Positions 59,440-64,000 of a stretch of 64,000 nt of DNA are shown here, in pieces. Location of the stretch: the NCBI RefSeq assembly GCF_009914755.1, contig NC_060925.1; one strand, given 5' to 3'. The notes under the pieces were generated by a model. The model searched no databases. It was not told the origin of the DNA and saw only the letters and a list, made by a program, of their open reading frames with translations. The stretch is from the human T2T-CHM13v2.0 reference genome, Homo sapiens. Each line of letters starts with the position of its first letter. The stretch's first letter is position 1. A program made the position numbers and the translations under genes.

Positions 59440-60420
59440 CATAGAATTCCTCGAGGTTCTGAGTCGTGTGCTCTTTTAGGTCTCTGGCTTGCTCCTGCAG
59501 AAACCTAGAAGGCTCTTGCTTCTTCCCCTTCCCCTGGTTCACGCGACACCAATCTTGGCCTTGTCTCAAGTGTCATTTCCTCCAGGAATGTACCCCAATA
59601 AGCCTCTCACTGCCTAATCAGGTCAAGGCACCCTGTGTTACCGTCACTGCTCAGTGATCTTTCATTTCACATTTCATAGTTGTGCTTTTATTTTTCATGT
59701 TTAAAAAGCGATTTGTCACCCAAAAGAAGTAGAATCAGGGACTCAAACACCTTTGAACACCTGTATGTTCATAGCAGCATGATTCACAATAGCCAGAAGG
59801 TGGAAGCAACCCAAGTGTCCATCAACAAATAAATGAATAAATAACATGTGGTGGATTCATACAACAGAATATTACTTAGCCTTAGAAAGGAAGGGGATTT
59901 TGACACATGCACAACCTGGATTAACTTTGAAGACATTATGCTAAGTGAAATAAGCTCATGACAAAAGGACAAATAGAAGATTCTACTTGTATGAGATATG
60001 TAGAGTAGTCAAATTCATAGAGATAGGAAGTAGAATGCTGGCTGTCAGGTGCTGTGAAGACAGGAAGATGGGGGTTCTTGTTTGACAGGTATGGAGTTTC
60101 AGTTCAGCAAGCTGAAAAGAGCTCTGGAGATGGATGGTGGTGATGATTGCACAACCATGTGAATGTACTTAATGCCACTATGGACGTGTAAAAATGGTTA
60201 AGATGGTAAAAACTTATGTGTATTTGACCACAATTAGAAATAATAAATAGACAAATAAAATTGATTTTTAAAAAGCCATTTAATACTTATCTCCCTCTCC
60301 TAGACAATAAGCTTTCCAAGGATAGAAGCTGTGTCTACTTTTTCAGTGTTGTTTTCCTGTACCTGGCATGTAGTAATCACTCCATATGTACCTCTTGAAA
60401 ATAAGATAAATGAGTGCATG
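59440..60420 (+). mobile_element. L2 3' end interrupted by L1MB
   Basis: ctcaagtgtcatttcctccagg upstream; ctagacaataagct...cctggcatgtagta downstream. Confidence 0.65.
59715..60266 (+). mobile_element. L1MB-type 3' end (5'-truncated)
   Basis: ggaagcaacccaagtgtccatc...gagatggatggtggtgatg; TSD tttaaaaagc(g/c)attt at 59700 and 60267. Confidence 0.88.
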
Positions 60421-62149
60421 GCAGGACTAGATCATCCTCTTTTTACAGGGCCACTAAATATATCTGTGTCTCAGCTTCACATTACCTCTTGAGACCCCCC
60501 TACACCAGGCAGGAAAAATGTCCACTTCACTGTGTAATTTTCATCATTCAAGTTCTTATTTCCTTCATATCTGCCTCCACCCAGGATGAGTGATGATGAG
60601 TCTCCCACCCCCACACACCCTTCTAGGGAATCCCCCAAGAAGCATGGCCTCATTCTTTGGCCTCAGAAGAACAATCTTATCAGAATATGATATCACAACA
60701 TCAGTACACTTTCCAAAAGCTTGGTCATTCTATCTGATATAACCCTACCATTAGGACAAAAACCGTTCCATTGGGAATAGCTGTGATGAACTCAGGACAG
60801 TTCTCTACACCAGTGAATGGAGAACAGCATGTTGGTGAGTCCTTTCTAAAGTCTTCTGTGTCAATACTCAGTTCCTATAAGTAACTACTCTAGCCAAAAT
60901 ACCTGTAAGAACTGACTCTGTAAGGACACACCATAGTTTTCAGCACAGGGTACTCTAAACTCACATAGAGTCCCCCAAAACTGTATGCTCCCCATTTCCT
61001 TTCCTCTTAAAAATTCTAGAGCATGAAAGAAAATCAATACAGTTTTGACCCAGCCATGCACAACAATTTACACTACCTATGTTACCAAGCAGGACATTTA
61101 TTTTTCAATCTTAAATATTTTGATTTAGATTAATGACACTTGAACTTTGCCTCAAAACTTGAGGAACAATTGGTAACCAATTGGTGTATTTCAACTGGTC
61201 CTAGAACAAAGGGACTATCTTCCCTAAATAAATATTAACATTTTTAATTTTAATTATATATCAAATAGATTTTAAGTTTAAATGGTAGGTTTTATAGTTC
61301 TTACCCATCACGGTTACAGAAATCTCTGGCTTTGATTTTTAACCAAGACACACATTATTTCTACACATGCCCAGTACTTAGGTGCTCACCTTCTTGTTAA
61401 ATCTGTGCTTTTAAAAAATATCTCTTCAATTCTTGCAGAAAGTATCAACCGTGTATAGGTTTCTTTATTAAAGATATTTCTTTAATATCTCTCTCCAATA
61501 TTTAGTAATACCTTTTCCAATCCTGAATTTTTATCACAGAAGAAGCCAGCAACAGAGAATAGGAAATTGTCAACCTCATGTCAGAGCTTACAGTGAATTT
61601 TTGAAAACCCACAGCTTTAATCCACAAATCCGGAAGTTTTCTTGTTTTATTTCTCTCCCCAACAAAATATACTTATTGCCTCATTGTAGCCATAAAACCT
61701 GGGGAGACAAATCCATCTCCTACTCTAAGATCCTTCCCAGATTCCAATCACCTCTGAATCATACTGAGGCCACTTTCTACAAGGGTGACCTAAGCAAACC
61801 TTGCCACATATACCATCTTCCCATATCACACACTGAGATAAGACGACCACTGCAGACATTTAATCTTGTGCAAACAATGATCTCTGTTAGAAGCCACTGA
61901 AATAGAAAACTAAATATTCTGCTGCTTTTGAAAAAATTCAGGTAGATGGTATTACCTATCTTGTGACCTGAAGATGCTTCTTGCTGTGTGTTTCCCCCAT
62001 GATGGTTTGTACCAGGAAAAGACGTAGTCAGCATACCTGTGTGATTCAGGGACTGCAATGAAAATTGAGCCATCAGGAACTGTTCTTTTTTGGCAGGCAT
62101 CCCCAAAACATAGCAAACCATTCAGCAAAGAGGTACTACACAGAGGTGA

Positions 62150-62375
62150 GGTACAGGAGCCCTGGAACCAGCTAGGTTCCTCCCCAGCTGCTCTGCTTGC
62201 TAAGCACATGACTGTGTGCAAGTTGTTTAATCTCTTGCTGTCTCCATTTCTTCATCTATAAACTGGGGGTAACAGTTGTCTTTACTTCAGAGAATTGTGA
62301 TGGGGGAAATTGAATAGTGCATGCACAGTGTTCACAGTATCCTGTGAATGGGTCACGGTTTACGTGCACTATTTT
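62150..62375 (+). mobile_element. MIR
   Basis: gcaagttgtttaatctct...tttcttcatctataaactgggg. Confidence 0.7.
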
Positions 62376-62805
62376 ACATTTAAAATGTAGTATCCTTACT
62401 GCATACCCAGCATGCACTAAGGACCCAATGAATATTGGCTAATGTCACTATTTGCTTCTTTCTTTAATTGATTTCTAGCTCCCACTGTTTTCAAGGACCT
62501 TAGCTTAAACCCGATTCTTTACATTGCACATCACCTCTTCTCCTCTCCTCTCCTCAGTTACAACAGGAAAATGAAATGTCCCCTCCCTCCTCAGCTGAAC
62601 AATCATTTATATTCACCTGCTCTATCGAGGCCTAAGAGGAAACCAGCTATGGAGAGAATTCAAAAGTAGAAAGCCCGGTGAAAGTTCTCTCAGGAGTGCG
62701 AAGGCCATTTTTTCACTGGTTTGCTCTGCAGAGGAAAATAAAATGGACCTGAAACAATTACTCTGAAAAATGATTTGGGGGTGGGCAAAAGAATCTCATT
62801 CAATA

Positions 62806-62807
<2 letters not shown>

Positions 62808-62842
<35 letters not shown>
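62808..62842. repeat. (GT)n microsatellite
   Basis: Uninterrupted GT run. Confidence 0.95.
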
Positions 62843-62844
<2 letters not shown>

Positions 62845-63869
62845 TTTTTTTTTTACCTATGGGAGACCAAGATGCCTTAAGTCTGTAGCTTCTCTTCAAT
62901 GCAGGTAAATTGTGTGCCCCAAGCCCACTAGTGGCTAAACTAATAAATTGATCTAGTATTAGTTTAGTCAAAGAGTTGTCAAAATGAATGAAAGACTCCG
63001 GGCTGTTTCTTTCTACCTAACATGGCTCTATCTTGCTCAGTTTTATTTGGGGTTCTTAGTGTGGGGGCACACAGAGGAAGCAGATGGGGAACCTGTCAAA
63101 GCTTAACTCTCTGCCATTGAACTACTGAGGAATTAAAAAGTAACTATAACTAGTAGCCTCACCAAATGAAAGGCTGTGCTAAGATCACCGTGAACATTAT
63201 GAATGGCACTGAAGCTCCATATAGGTTAATGAGAAGGAGTAGTGAAAACAGTCAATGATAAGAAGTTCCATTCACTTTACCATCCTTCTCTGAAAAACTC
63301 CTCAGGGGTGGGACATGGTCTGAAAGGTAAGTATGAGGACACATGAGTCACTTAGTGATTTTCCTGAAGTAGACAGCACCACGAGTAGGTGGGCTTAGCT
63401 GAGAAGGGTTGAGGGGACAGACAGCCCACCATACCCATTTGCCCCATGAAGCACGTTGCAAATCTTCTCTGCAGTCTTCTGTGTCAATATTTATCTCCTA
63501 TAAACAACTGCTCAAATGTTCTGAATGGTGGGGGAGAATGTTTACAAGAAGGGGTTGTTCTGTGTGAAGGCACCTCCTTCCCCTGGTCCCAGCAGGCTGT
63601 GACGTGAGTTTGGGCTACTCCTGGTTACCAGTCATTCTCCTCTCTGTGCAAGACAAGGAACAAAGAAAGAGCAGGTGTGCAGTGGAGTTGGGGATGTTGA
63701 AGAGTGTTGAGCATAACCGCTGGACTTTTCTGTCATTCTGAGAGCTTTCCTGAGAAAAAGAATGTCCATGTATATCATAAGCTTGAAATAATAGACTGAC
63801 GGGGGAGAGATGTATGGCATGAGTAGCAGGGCATATGGTTGGGGACTCTATACGACTAGTGGGGTAGAT

Positions 63870-64000
63870 TTCCAAGTAGTGCTCATTTCCTTCAGGTCTC
63901 TGCTCAAAGGTCACCTTATCTGTTTCACATGAAATAGCCTCCATCCACTTCTCCATTGACACTCCCCACCCACTTTACCTTGGGTATAGTACTCTGACAT
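63870..64000 (+). mobile_element. L2 fragment at window edge
   Basis: ccttcaggtctctgctcaaaggtcacctt. Confidence 0.55.

Overview
Human-type (primate) nuclear DNA; a near-consensus AluYa5 points specifically to Homo sapiens. The window reads as intergenic or deep-intronic. I find no supportable protein-coding exon, RNA gene, CpG-island promoter or CRISPR/prokaryotic system. The longer ORFs lie in Alu, L1, L2, LTR or microsatellite sequence, and none of the rest resembles a protein family I recognise. It is a layered mosaic of transposons: about a dozen Alus or Alu monomers (FLAM, J, S, Ya5), an ~7 kb plus-strand L1 cluster (41-48 kb), many MIR/L2/L3 relics, solo LTRs (LTR33-, MST-, MLT1-, MLT2-, LTR47-, MER68/77-, MER52-like) and hAT MITEs, many with readable target-site duplications (TSDs). 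The most notable items are a very young AluYa5, an exact 45-bp tandem duplication, a perfect 18-bp AT-rich inverted repeat, three bZIP sites phased 10 bp apart inside a MIR, a CpG-rich palindrome in repeat-poor DNA, a triple-nested MLT1D LTR and an unexplained ~65-bp dispersed repeat. I cannot support a claim of a novel biological system. Repeat family names come from recalled consensus sequences, not a database search, and boundaries of old repeats are approximate.
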